64,000 bases of DNA, taken from NCBI RefSeq assembly GCF_009914755.1, contig NC_060947.1, one strand, 5' to 3'. Under the pieces are notes generated by a model, which saw only the letters and a list, made by a program, of their open reading frames with translations, did no database searches and was not told the DNA's origin. The DNA comes from the human T2T-CHM13v2.0 reference genome, Homo sapiens. Shown here in pieces: positions 1 to 11,600 of this stretch (position 1 is the first letter of the stretch; each line of letters starts with the position of its first letter). The position numbers and the translations under genes were made by a program.

Positions 1-363
1 GTCTGGTTTTTATATGAAGTTCTTTCCTTCACTATCACAGGCCTCAAAGCGGTCCAAATCTCCACTTGCAGATTCTACAAAAAGAGTGTTTGCAAACTGC
101 TCTATCAAAAGGAATGTTCAACTCTGGGAGTTGAATGCAATCATCACAGAGCAGTTTCTGAGAATGCTTCTATGTCGTTTTTAGGAGAAGATATTTCCTT
201 TTCCAACACAGTCCTCCAAGCCCGCTAAATAGCCACTTGCACATTGTAGAAAAAGTGTGTCAAAGCTGCGCTATCAAAGGGAAAGTTCAACTCTGTGAGG
301 TGAATGCAAACATCCCAAAGAAGTTTCTGAGAATGCTTCCGTTTAGCTTTTAGGTGAAGATTA

Positions 364-380
364 TCCCGTTTCCAACGAAA
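364..380 (-). other. CENP-B box, intact (present in every HOR)
   Basis: Plus strand tcccgtttccaacgaaa = minus strand TTTCGTTGGAAACGGGA, matching the core nTTCGnnnnAnnCGGGn. Confidence 0.95.
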
Positions 381-720
381 CCTTCAAAGAGGTCCAAATA
401 TCCCCTTGCGGATCCCACAGAAAGAGTGTTTCGAAACTGCTGTTTCAAAAGGAATCTTCAACTCTGTGAGTTGAATGCAATCATCACAAAGAAGTTTCTG
501 ACAATGCTTCTCTCTCGTCTTTCTGTGAAGATAAAGGAAAAGGCTTTCAGGCCTTTGCCACCACAGGCCTGAAAGCGCTCCAAATGTCCACTTGCAGATT
601 CTGCGAAAAGAATATTTCAAAACTGCTCTATGAAAAGCAATGTTAAACTCTGTGGCTCGAACACAAACATCACAAAGCGGTTTCTGAGAATGCTTCAGTT
701 TAGTTTTTCTGTGGAAATAT

Positions 721-737
721 TCCCGTTTCCAAAGAAA
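721..737 (-). other. Degenerate CENP-B box (TTCG core lost)
   Basis: tcccgtttccaaagaaa = minus strand TTTCTTTGGAAACGGGA. Confidence 0.85.
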
Positions 738-891
738 TCTTCAAAGAGGTCCACGTATCCACTTACAGATTCTACAAAAAGACAGTTTCAAAACTGCTCC
801 ATCAAAAGGAGTGTTCAACCGTGTGACTTGAATGCAATCATCACTCAGAAGTATCTGAGAATGCTTCTCTTTAGTTTTTACGTGAACATAT

Positions 892-908
892 ACCCGTTTC
901 GAACGAAG
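892..908 (-). other. CENP-B box, core intact (variant spacer)
   Basis: acccgtttcgaacgaag = minus strand CTTCGTTCGAAACGGGT; all 9 core positions are present. Confidence 0.88.
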
Positions 909-1058
909 GCCACCCAGTGGTCCAAATATCCACTTGCAGATTATACAGAAAGAGTGTTTCGAACCTGAACTCTCAAAGGCAGGTTCATCTCTGCGAGTTA
1001 AATGCATTCATCATGAAGAACTTTCTCAGAGTGTTTGTGTTTAGTTATGGGAAATTAT

Positions 1059-1075
1059 TCCCGTTTCCAACGAAA
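1059..1075 (-). other. CENP-B box, intact
   Basis: tcccgtttccaacgaaa at 1059-1075. Confidence 0.95.
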
Positions 1076-1400
1076 TCCTCAGAGAGCTCCAAATATCCAC
1101 CTGCAGATTCTACCAAAAGTGTATTTGGAAACTGCTCCATCAAAAGGCATGTTCAGCTCTGTGAGTGAAACTCCATCATCACAAAGAATATTCTGAGAAT
1201 GCTTCCGTTTGCCTTTTATATGAAGTTCCTTCCTGTACTACCGTAGGCCTCAAAGCAGTCCAAATCTCCATTTGCAGATTCTATAAAAAGAGTGATTCCA
1301 ATCTGCTCTATCAATAGGATTGTTCAACTCCATGAGTTGAATGCCATCCTCACAAAGTAGTTTCTGAGAATGCTTCTATCTGGTTTTTGTGTGAAGATAT

Positions 1401-1417
1401 TTCCTTTTCCACCACAG
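1401..1417 (-). other. A-type monomer box (pJ-alpha-like site) at the position equivalent to the CENP-B box
   Basis: ttccttttccaccacag resembles the reverse complement of the pJ-alpha/A-box motif and lies in register with the CENP-B boxes. Confidence 0.65.
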
Positions 1418-1575
1418 GCCTCAAAGCCCTCCAAACGTCCACTTGCAGATTCTCGAAAAAGAGTGTTTCATAGCTGCTCTTTCAAAAGGAAAGTTCAACT
1501 CTGGGAGTTGAATACAAACATCACAAAGTAGTTTCCGAGAATGCTTCTGTTTAGTTTTTATGTGAAGATGATCGA

Positions 1576-1592
1576 TCCCGTTTCCAGTGAAA
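1576..1592 (-). other. Degenerate CENP-B box (TTCG core lost)
   Basis: tcccgtttccagtgaaa = minus strand TTTCACTGGAAACGGGA. Confidence 0.85.
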
Positions 1593-1746
1593 TCTTCAAA
1601 GAGGTCCACATATCCCCTTGCAGATTCCAAAGAAAGAGGGTTTCAAAACTGCTCCATCAGAAGGATTGTTCAACTCTGTGAGTTGAATGCAGTCATCGCA
1701 GAAAACTTTCTGAGAATGCTTCTGTCTAGGTTTGATGTGAAGATAT

Positions 1747-1763
1747 AGACGTTTCAAACGAAG
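1747..1763 (-). other. Degenerate CENP-B box (CGGG core lost)
   Basis: agacgtttcaaacgaag = minus strand CTTCGTTTGAAACGTCT. Confidence 0.85.
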
Positions 1764-1913
1764 GCTACAAAGTGGTCAAAATATACACTTGCAGATTCTA
1801 CTACAAGGGTGTTGCAAACCTGAACTATCAAAGGAAGGTTCAACTCTGTGAGTTGAATACAAACATCACAAAGAATGTTCTGAGTTTGCTTCCGTTCAGT
1901 TATGGGAAGTTGA

Positions 1914-1930
1914 TCCCGTTTCCAACGAAA
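1914..1930 (-). other. CENP-B box, intact
   Basis: tcccgtttccaacgaaa at 1914-1930. Confidence 0.95.
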
Positions 1931-2593
1931 TCCTCAGAGAGGTCCAAATATCCCCTCGCAGATTCTACAATACGTGTGTTTGGAAACTGCTCCATCATAA
2001 CGAATGTTCAGCTCCCTGAGTTAAACTCCATCGTCACAAAGAATTTTCTGAGAGTGCTACCGTCTGGTTTTTATATGAAGTTCTTTCCTTCACTACCACA
2101 GGCCTCAAAGCGGTCCAAATCTCCACTTGCAGATTCTACAAAAAGAGTGTTTGCAAACTGCTCTATCAAAAGGAATGTTCAACTCTGGGAGTTGAATGCA
2201 ATCATCACAGAGCAGTTTCTGAGAATGCTTCTATGTCGTTTTTAGAAGATATTTCCTTTTCCAACACAGTCCTCCAAGCCCGCTAAATAGCCACTTGCAC
2301 ATTGTAGAAAAAGTGTGTCAAAGCTGCGCTATCAAAGGGAAAGTTCAACTCTGTGAGGTGAATGCAAACATCCCAAAGAAGTTTCTGAGAATGCTTCCAT
2401 TTAGCTTTTAGGTGAAGATTATCCCGTTTCCAACGAAACCTTCAAAGAGGTCCAAATATCCCCTTGCGGATCCCACAGAAAGAGTGTTTCGAAACTGCTG
2501 TTTCAAAAGGAATCTTCAACTCTGTGAGTTGAATGCAATCATCACAAAGAAGTTTCTGACAATGCTTCTCTCTCGTCTTTCTGTGAAGATAAA

Positions 2594-2634
2594 GGAAAAG
2601 GCTTTCAGGCCTTTTCCACCACAGGCCTGAAAGC
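2594..2634. repeat. Overlapping inverted repeats in the long (~186-bp) monomer, present in every HOR
   Basis: GGAAAAGGC (2594-2602) pairs with GCCTTTTCC (2609-2617). GCTTTCAGGCCT (2601-2612) pairs with AGGCCTGAAAGC (2623-2634). Confidence 0.9.
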
Positions 2635-5600
2635 GCTCCAAATGTCCACTTGCAGATTCTGCCAAAAGAATATTTCAAAACTGCTCTATGAAAAGCAATG
2701 TTAAACTCTGCGGCTCGAACACAAACATCACAAAGCGGTTTCTGAGAATGCTTCAGTTTAGTTTTTCTGTGGAAATATTCCCGTTTCCAAAGAAATCTTC
2801 AAAGAGGTCCACGTATCCACTTACAGATTCTACAAAAAGACAGTTTCAAAACTGCTCCATCAAAAGGAGGGTTCAACCGTGTGACTTGAATGCAATCATC
2901 ACTCAGAAGTTTCTGAGAATGCTTCTCTTTAGTTTTTACGTGAACATATACCCGTTTCGAACGAAGGCCACCCAGTGGTCCAAATATCCACTTGCAGATT
3001 ATACAGAAAGAGTGTTTCGAACCTGAACTCTCAAAGGCAGGTTCATCTCTGCGAGTTAAATGCATTCATCATGAAGAACTTTCTCAGAGTGTTTGTGTTT
3101 AGTTATGGGAAATTATTCCCGTTTCCAACGAAATCCTCAGAGAGCTCCAAATATCCACCTGCAGATTCTACCAAAAGTGTATTTGGAAACTGCTCCATCA
3201 AAAGGCATGTTCAGCTCTGTGAGTGAAACTCCATCATCACAAAGAATATTCTGAGAATGCTTCCGTTTGCCTTTTATATGAAGTTCCTTCCTGTACTACC
3301 GTAGGCCTCAAAGCAGTCCAAATCTCCATTTGCAGATTCTATAAAAAGAGTGATTCCAATCTGCTCTATCAATAGGATTGTTCAACTCCATGAGTTGAAT
3401 GCCATCCTCACAAAGTAGTTTCTGAGAATGCTTCTATCTGGTTTTTGTGTGAAGATATTTCCTTTTCCACCACAGGCCTCAAAGCCCTCCAAACGTCCAC
3501 TTGCAGATTCTCGAAAAAGAGTGTTTCATAGCTGCTCTTTCAAAAGGAAAGTTCAACTCTGGGAGTTGAATACAAACATCACAAAGTAGTTTCCGAGAAT
3601 GCTTCTGTTTAGTTTTTATGTGAAGATGATCGATCCCGTTTCCAGTGAAATCTTCAAAGAGGTCCACATATCCCCTTGCAGATTCCAAAGAAAGAGGGTT
3701 TCAAAACTGCTCCATCAGAAGGATTGTTCAACTCTGTGAGTTGAATGCAGTCATCGCAGAAAACTTTCTGAGAATGCTTCTGTCTAGGTTTGATGTGAAG
3801 ATATAGACGTTTCAAACGAAGGCTACAAAGTGGTCAAAATATACACTTGCAGATTCTACTACAAGGGTGTTGCAAACCTGAACTATCAAAGGAAGGTTCA
3901 ACTCTGTGAGTTGAATACAAACATCACAAAGAATGTTCTGAGTTTGCTTCCGTTCAGTTATGGGAAGTTGATCCCGTTTCCAACGAAATCCTCAGAGAGG
4001 TCCAAATATCCCCTCGCAGATTCTACAAAACGTGTGTTTGGAAACTGCTCCATCATAACGAATGTTCAGCTCCCTGAGTTAAACTCCATCGTCACAAAGA
4101 ATTTTCTGAGAGTGCTACCGTCTGGTTTTTATATGAAGTTCTTTCCTTCACTACCACAGGCCTCAAAGCGGTCCAAATCTCCACTTGCAGATTCTACAAA
4201 AAGAGTGTTTGCAAACTGCTCTATCAAAAGGAATGTTCAACTCTGGGAGTTGAATGCAATCATCACAGAGCAGTTTCTGAGAATGCTTCTATGTCGTTTT
4301 TAGAAGATATTTCCTTTTCCAACACAGTCCTCCAAGCCCGCTAAATAGCCACTTGCACATTGTAGAAAAAGTGTGTCAAAGCTGCGCTATCAAAGGGAAA
4401 GTTCAACTCTGTGAGGTGAATGCAAACATCCCAAAGAAGTTTCTGAGAATGCTTCCGTTTAGCTTTTAGGTGAAGATTATCCCGTTTCCAACGAAACCTT
4501 CAAAGAGGTCCAAATATCCCCTTGCGGATCCCACAGAAAGAGTGTTTCGAAACTGCTGTTTCAAAAGGAATCTTCAACTCTGTGAGTTGAATGCAATCAT
4601 CACAAAGAAGTTTCTGACAATGCTTCTCTCTCGTCTTTCTGTGAAGATAAAGGAAAAGGCTTTCAGGCCTTTTCCACCACAGGCCTGAAAGCGCTCCAAA
4701 TGTCCACTTGCAGATTCTGCCAAAAGAATATTTCAAAACTGCTCTATGAAAAGCAATGTTAAACTCTGCGGCTCGAACACAAACATTACAAAGCGGTTTC
4801 TGAGAATGCTTCAGTTTAGTTTTTCTGTGGAAATATTCCCGTTTCCAAAGAAATCTTCAAAGAGGTCCACGTATCCACTTACAGATTCTACAAAAAGACA
4901 GTTTCAAAACTGCTCCATCAAAAGGAGGGTTCAACCGTGTGACTTGAATGCAATCATCACTCAGAAGTTTCTGAGAATGCTTCTCTTTAGTTTTTACGTG
5001 AACATATACCCGTTTCGAACGAAGGCCACCCAGTGGTCCAAATATCCACTTGCAGATTCTACAGAAAGAGTGTTTCGAACCTGAACTCTCAAAGGCAGGT
5101 TCATCTCTGCGAGTTAAATGCATTCATCATGAAGAACTTTCTCAGCGTGTTTGTGTTTAGTTATGGGAAATTATTCCCGTTTCCAACGAAATCCTCAAAG
5201 AGCTCCAAATATCCACCTGCAGATTCTACCAAAAGTGTATTTGGAAACTGCTCCATCAAAAGGCATGTTCAGCTCTGTGAGTGAAACTCCATCATCACAA
5301 AGAATATTCTGAGAATGCTTCCGTTTGCCTGTTATATGAAGTTCCTTCCTATACGACCGTAGGCCTCAAAGCAGTCCAAATCTCCATTTGCAGATTCTAC
5401 AAAAAGAGTGATTCCAATCTGCTCTATCAATAGGATTGTTCAACTCCATGAGTTGAATGCCATCTTCCAAAGTAGTTTCTGAGAATGCTTCTATCTAGTT
5501 TTTATGTGAAGATATTTCCTTTTCCACCACAGGCCTCAAAGCCCTCCAAACGTCCACTTGCAGATTCTCGAAAAAGAGTGTTTCATAGCTGCTCTTTCAA

Positions 5601-8600
5601 AAGGAAAGTTCAACTCTGGCAGTTGAATACAAACATCACAAAGTAGTTTCCGAGAATGCTTCTGTTTAGTTTTTATGTGAAGATGATCCCGTTTCCAGTG
5701 AAATCTTCAAAGAGGTCCACATATCCCCTTGCAGATTCCAAAGAAAGAGGGTTTCAAAACTGCTCCATCAGAAGGATTGTTCAACTCTGTGAGTTGAATG
5801 CAGTCATCGCAGAAAACTTTCTGAGAATGCTTCTGTCTAGGTTTGATGTGAAGATATAGACGTTTCAAACGAAGGCTACAAAGTGGTCAAAATATACACT
5901 TGCAGATTCTACTACAAGGGTGTTGCAAACCTGAACTATCAAAGGAAGGTTCAACTCTGTGAGTTGAATACAAACATCACAAAGAATGTTCTGAGTTTGC
6001 TTCCGTTCAGTTATGGGAAGTTGATCCCGTTTCCAACGAAATCCTCAGAGAGGTCCAAATATCCCCTCGCAGATTCTACAAAACGTGTGTTTGGAAACTG
6101 CTCCATCATAACGAATGTTCAGCTCCCTGAGTTAAACTCCATCGTCACAAAGAATTTTCTGAGAGTGCTACCGTCTGGTTTTTATATGAAGTTCTTTCCT
6201 TCACTACCACAGGCCTCAAAGCGGTCCAAATCTCCACTTGCAGATTCTACAAAAAGAGTGTTTGCAAACTGCTCTATCAAAAGGAATGTTCAACTCTGGG
6301 AGTTGAATGCAATCATCACAGAGCAGTTTCTGAGAATGCTTCTATGTCGTTTTTAGAAGATATTTCCTTTTCCAACACAGTCCTCCAAGCCCGCTAAATA
6401 GCCACTTGCACATTGTAGAAAAAGTGTGTCAAAGCTGCGCTATCAAAGGGAAAGTTCAACTCTGTGAGGTGAATGCAAACATCCCAAAGAAGTTTCTGAG
6501 AATGCTTCCGTTTAGCTTTTAGGTGAAGATTATCCCGTTTCCAACGAAACCTTCAAAGAGGTCCAAATATCCCCTTGCGGATCCCACAGAAAGAGTGTTT
6601 CGAAACTGCTGTTTCAAAAGGAATCTTCAACTCTGTGAGTTGAATGCAATCATCACAAAGAAGTTTCTGACAATGCTTCTCTCTCGTCTTTCTGTGAAGA
6701 TAAAGGAAAAGGCTTTCAGGCCTTTGCCACCACAGGCCTGAAAGCGCTCCAAATGTCCACTTGCAGATTCTGCCAAAAGAATATTTCAAAACTGCTCTAT
6801 GAAAAGCAATGTTAAACTCTGTGGCTCGAACACAAACATCACAAAGCGGTTTCTGAGAATGCTTCAGTTTAGTTTTTCTGTGGAAATATTCCCGTTTCCA
6901 AAGAAATCTTCAAAGAGGTCCACGTATCCACTTACAGATTCTACAAAAAGACAGTTTCAAAACTGCTCCATCAAAAGGAGTGTTCAACCGTGTGACTTGA
7001 ATGCAATCATCACTCAGAAGTATCTGAGAATGCTTCTCTTTAGTTTTTACGTGAACATATACCCGTTTCGAACGAAGGCCACCCAGTGGTCCAAATATCC
7101 ACTTGCAGATTATACAGAAAGAGTGTTTCGAACCTGAACTCTCAAAGGCAGGTTCATCTCTGCGAGTTAAATGCATTCATCATGAAGAACTTTCTCAGAG
7201 TGTTTGTGTTTAGTTATGGGAAATTATTCCCGTTTCCAACGAAATCCTCAGAGAGCTCCAAATATCCACCTGCAGATTCTACCAAAAGTGTATTTGGAAA
7301 CTGCTCCATCAAAAGGCATGTTCAGCTCTGTGAGTGAAACTCCATCATCACAAAGAATATTCTGAGAATGCTTCCGTTTGCCTTTTATATGAAGTTCCTT
7401 CCTGTACTACCGTAGGCCTCAAAGCAGTCCAAATCTCCATTTGCAGATTCTATAAAAAGAGTGATTCCAATCTGCTCTATCAATAGGATTGTTCAACTCC
7501 ATGAGTTGAATGCCATCCTCACAAAGTAGTTTCTGAGAATGCTTCTATCTGGTTTTTGTGTGAAGATATTTCCTTTTCCACCACAGGCCTCAAAGCCCTC
7601 CAAACGTCCACTTGCAGATTCTCGAAAAAGAGTGTTTCATAGCTGCTCTTTCAAAAGGAAAGTTCAACTCTGGGAGTTGAATACAAACATCACAAAGTAG
7701 TTTCCGAGAATGCTTCTGTTTAGTTTTTATGTGAAGATGATCGATCCCGTTTCCAGTGAAATCTTCAAAGAGGTCCACATATCCCCTTGCAGATTCCAAA
7801 GAAAGAGGGTTTCAAAACTGCTCCATCAGAAGGATTGTTCAACTCTGTGAGTTGAATGCAGTCATCGCAGAAAACTTTCTGAGAATGCTTCTGTCTAGGT
7901 TTGATGTGAAGATATAGACGTTTCAAACGAAGGCTACAAAGTGGTCAAAATATACACTTGCAGATTCTACTACAAGGGTGTTGCAAACCTGAACTATCAA
8001 AGGAAGGTTCAACTCTGTGAGTTGAATACAAACATCACAAAGAATGTTCTGAGTTTGCTTCCGTTCAGTTATGGGAAGTTGATCCCGTTTCCAACGAAAT
8101 CCTCAGAGAGGTCCAAATATCCCCTCGCAGATTCTACAATACGTGTGTTTGGAAACTGCTCCATCATAACGAATGTTCAGCTCCCTGAGTTAAACTCCAT
8201 CGTCACAAAGAATTTTCTGAGAGTGCTACCGTCTGGTTTTTATATGAAGTTCTTTCCTTCACTACCACAGGCCTCAAAGCGGTCCAAATCTCCACTTGCA
8301 GATTCTACAAAAAGAGTGTTTGCAAACTGCTCTATCAAAAGGAATGTTCAACTCTGGGAGTTGAATGCAATCATCACAGAGCAGTTTCTGAGAATGCTTC
8401 TATGTCGTTTTTAGAAGATATTTCCTTTTCCAACACAGTCCTCCAAGCCCGCTAAATAGCCACTTGCACATTGTAGAAAAAGTGTGTCAAAGCTGCGCTA
8501 TCAAAGGGAAAGTTCAACTCTGTGAGGTGAATGCAAACATCCCAAAGAAGTTTCTGAGAATGCTTCCATTTAGCTTTTAGGTGAAGATTATCCCGTTTCC

Positions 8601-11600
8601 AACGAAACCTTCAAAGAGGTCCAAATATCCCCTTGCGGATCCCACAGAAAGAGTGTTTCGAAACTGCTGTTTCAAAAGGAATCTTCAACTCTGTGAGTTG
8701 AATGCAATCATCACAAAGAAGTTTCTGACAATGCTTCTCTCTCGTCTTTCTGTGAAGATAAAGGAAAAGGCTTTCAGGCCTTTTCCACCACAGGCCTGAA
8801 AGCGCTCCAAATGTCCACTTGCAGATTCTGCCAAAAGAATATTTCAAAACTGCTCTATGAAAAGCAATGTTAAACTCTGCGGCTCGAACACAAACATCAC
8901 AAAGCGGTTTCTGAGAATGCTTCAGTTTAGTTTTTCTGTGGAAATATTCCCGTTTCCAAAGAAATCTTCAAAGAGGTCCACGTATCCACTTACAGATTCT
9001 ACAAAAAGACAGTTTCAAAACTGCTCCATCAAAAGGAGGGTTCAACCGTGTGACTTGAATGCAATCATCACTCAGAAGTTTCTGAGAATGCTTCTCTTTA
9101 GTTTTTACGTGAACATATACCCGTTTCGAACGAAGGCCACCCAGTGGTCCAAATATCCACTTGCAGATTATACAGAAAGAGTGTTTCGAACCTGAACTCT
9201 CAAAGGCAGGTTCATCTCTGCGAGTTAAATGCATTCATCATGAAGAACTTTCTCAGAGTGTTTGTGTTTAGTTATGGGAAATTATTCCCGTTTCCAACGA
9301 AATCCTCAGAGAGCTCCAAATATCCACCTGCAGATTCTACCAAAAGTGTATTTGGAAACTGCTCCATCAAAAGGCATGTTCAGCTCTGTGAGTGAAACTC
9401 CATCATCACAAAGAATATTCTGAGAATGCTTCCGTTTGCCTTTTATATGAAGTTCCTTCCTGTACTACCGTAGGCCTCAAAGCAGTCCAAATCTCCATTT
9501 GCAGATTCTATAAAAAGAGTGATTCCAATCTGCTCTATCAATAGGATTGTTCAACTCCATGAGTTGAATGCCATCCTCACAAAGTAGTTTCTGAGAATGC
9601 TTCTATCTGGTTTTTGTGTGAAGATATTTCCTTTTCCACCACAGGCCTCAAAGCCCTCCAAACGTCCACTTGCAGATTCTCGAAAAAGAGTGTTTCATAG
9701 CTGCTCTTTCAAAAGGAAAGTTCAACTCTGGGAGTTGAATACAAACATCACAAAGTAGTTTCCGAGAATGCTTCTGTTTAGTTTTTATGTGAAGATGATC
9801 GATCCCGTTTCCAGTGAAATCTTCAAAGAGGTCCACATATCCCCTTGCAGATTCCAAAGAAAGAGGGTTTCAAAACTGCTCCATCAGAAGGATTGTTCAA
9901 CTCTGTGAGTTGAATGCAGTCATCGCAGAAAACTTTCTGAGAATGCTTCTGTCTAGGTTTGATGTGAAGATATAGACGTTTCAAACGAAGGCTACAAAGT
10001 GGTCAAAATATACACTTGCAGATTCTACTACAAGGGTGTTGCAAACCTGAACTATCAAAGGAAGGTTCAACTCTGTGAGTTGAATACAAACATCACAAAG
10101 AATGTTCTGAGTTTGCTTCCGTTCAGTTATGGGAAGTTGATCCCGTTTCCAACGAAATCCTCAGAGAGGTCCAAATATCCCCTCGCAGATTCTACAAAAC
10201 GTGTGTTTGGAAACTGCTCCATCATAACGAATGTTCAGCTCCCTGAGTTAAACTCCATCGTCACAAAGAATTTTCTGAGAGTGCTACCGTCTGGTTTTTA
10301 TATGAAGTTCTTTCCTTCACTACCACAGGCCTCAAAGCGGTCCAAATCTCCACTTGCAGATTCTACAAAAAGAGTGTTTGCAAACTGCTCTATCAAAAGG
10401 AATGTTCAACTCTGGGAGTTGAATGCAATCATCACAGAGCAGTTTCTGAGAATGCTTCTATGTCGTTTTTAGAAGATATTTCCTTTTCCAACACAGTCCT
10501 CCAAGCCCGCTAAATAGCCACTTGCACATTGTAGAAAAAGTGTGTCAAAGCTGCGCTATCAAAGGGAAAGTTCAACTCTGTGAGGTGAATGCAAACATCC
10601 CAAAGAAGTTTCTGAGAATGCTTCCGTTTAGCTTTTAGGTGAAGATTATCCCGTTTCCAACGAAACCTTCAAAGAGGTCCAAATATCCCCTTGCGGATCC
10701 CACAGAAAGAGTGTTTCGAAACTGCTGTTTCAAAAGGAATCTTCAACTCTGTGAGTTGAATGCAATCATCACAAAGAAGTTTCTGACAATGCTTCTCTCT
10801 CGTCTTTCTGTGAAGATAAAGGAAAAGGCTTTCAGGCCTTTTCCACCACAGGCCTGAAAGCGCTCCAAATGTCCACTTGCAGATTCTGCCAAAAGAATAT
10901 TTCAAAACTGCTCTATGAAAAGCAATGTTAAACTCTGCGGCTCGAACACAAACATCACAAAGCGGTTTCTGAGAATGCTTCAGTTTAGTTTTTCTGTGGA
11001 AATATTCCCGTTTCCAAAGAAATCTTCAAAGAGGTCCACGTATCCACTTACAGATTCTACAAAAAGACAGTTTCAAAACTGCTCCATCAAAAGGAGGGTT
11101 CAACCGTGTGACTTGAATGCAATCATCACTCAGAAGTTTCTGAGAATGCTTCTCTTTAGTTTTTACGTGAACATATACCCGTTTCGAACGAAGGCCACCC
11201 AGTGGTCCAAATATCCACTTGCAGATTCTACAGAAAGAGTGTTTCGAACCTGAACTCTCAAAGGCAGGTTCATCTCTGCGAGTTAAATGCATTCATCATG
11301 AAGAACTTTCTCAGCGTGTTTGTGTTTAGTTATGGGAAATTATTCCCGTTTCCAACGAAATCCTCAGAGAGCTCCAAATATCCACCTGCAGATTCTACCA
11401 AAAGTGTATTTGGAAACTGCTCCATCAAAAGGCATGTTCAGCTCTGTGAGTGAAACTCCATCATCACAAAGAATATTCTGAGAATGCTTCCGTTTGCCTT
11501 TTATCTGAAGTTCCTTCCTATACGACCGTAGGCCTCAAAGCAGTCCAAATCTCCATTTGCAGATTCTACAAAAAGAGTGATTCCAATCTGCTCTATCAAT

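Larger units (their letters stand above)
364..2421 (-). repeat. Internal HOR architecture: B,A(long) + BBBAA + BBBAA, i.e. two diverged pentamers plus two monomers (suprachromosomal family 3 type)
   Basis: Box positions in U1: B-type 364; A-type ~550; B-type 721, 892, 1059; A-type ~1230, 1401; B-type 1576, 1747, 1914; A-type ~2085, ~2253. Paralogous boxes are 855 bp apart (851 without the 4-bp insertion). Both pentamers contain a 167-bp step (892 to 1059 and 1747 to 1914). Confidence 0.85.
1..11366. repeat. Copy 1 of a >=11-kb intra-array duplication (partner at +47304)
   Basis: Same unit-length series 2058, 2058, 2053, 2058, 2058 and same ordered private variants as 47305-58670. Confidence 0.88.

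Noticed and set aside
1421-1630. Minus-strand 69-aa ORF present only in some units
   Set aside because: It is a frame artefact of the 4-bp GATC duplication and is useful only as a marker.
1772-2245. 157-aa ORF recurring in nearly every HOR, and the other 67-112-aa ORFs
   Set aside because: These are translations of 171-bp monomers (a multiple of 3), which explains the internal repeats such as SKYPLADS. Many begin at GTG, none resembles a known domain, and indels and stops break them freely (U8, U22). They are not genes.
2594-2634. Hairpin read as a rho-independent terminator or structured ncRNA gene
   Set aside because: The context is eukaryotic satellite DNA with no upstream gene and no U-tract after the stem; it is reported only as a dyad element.
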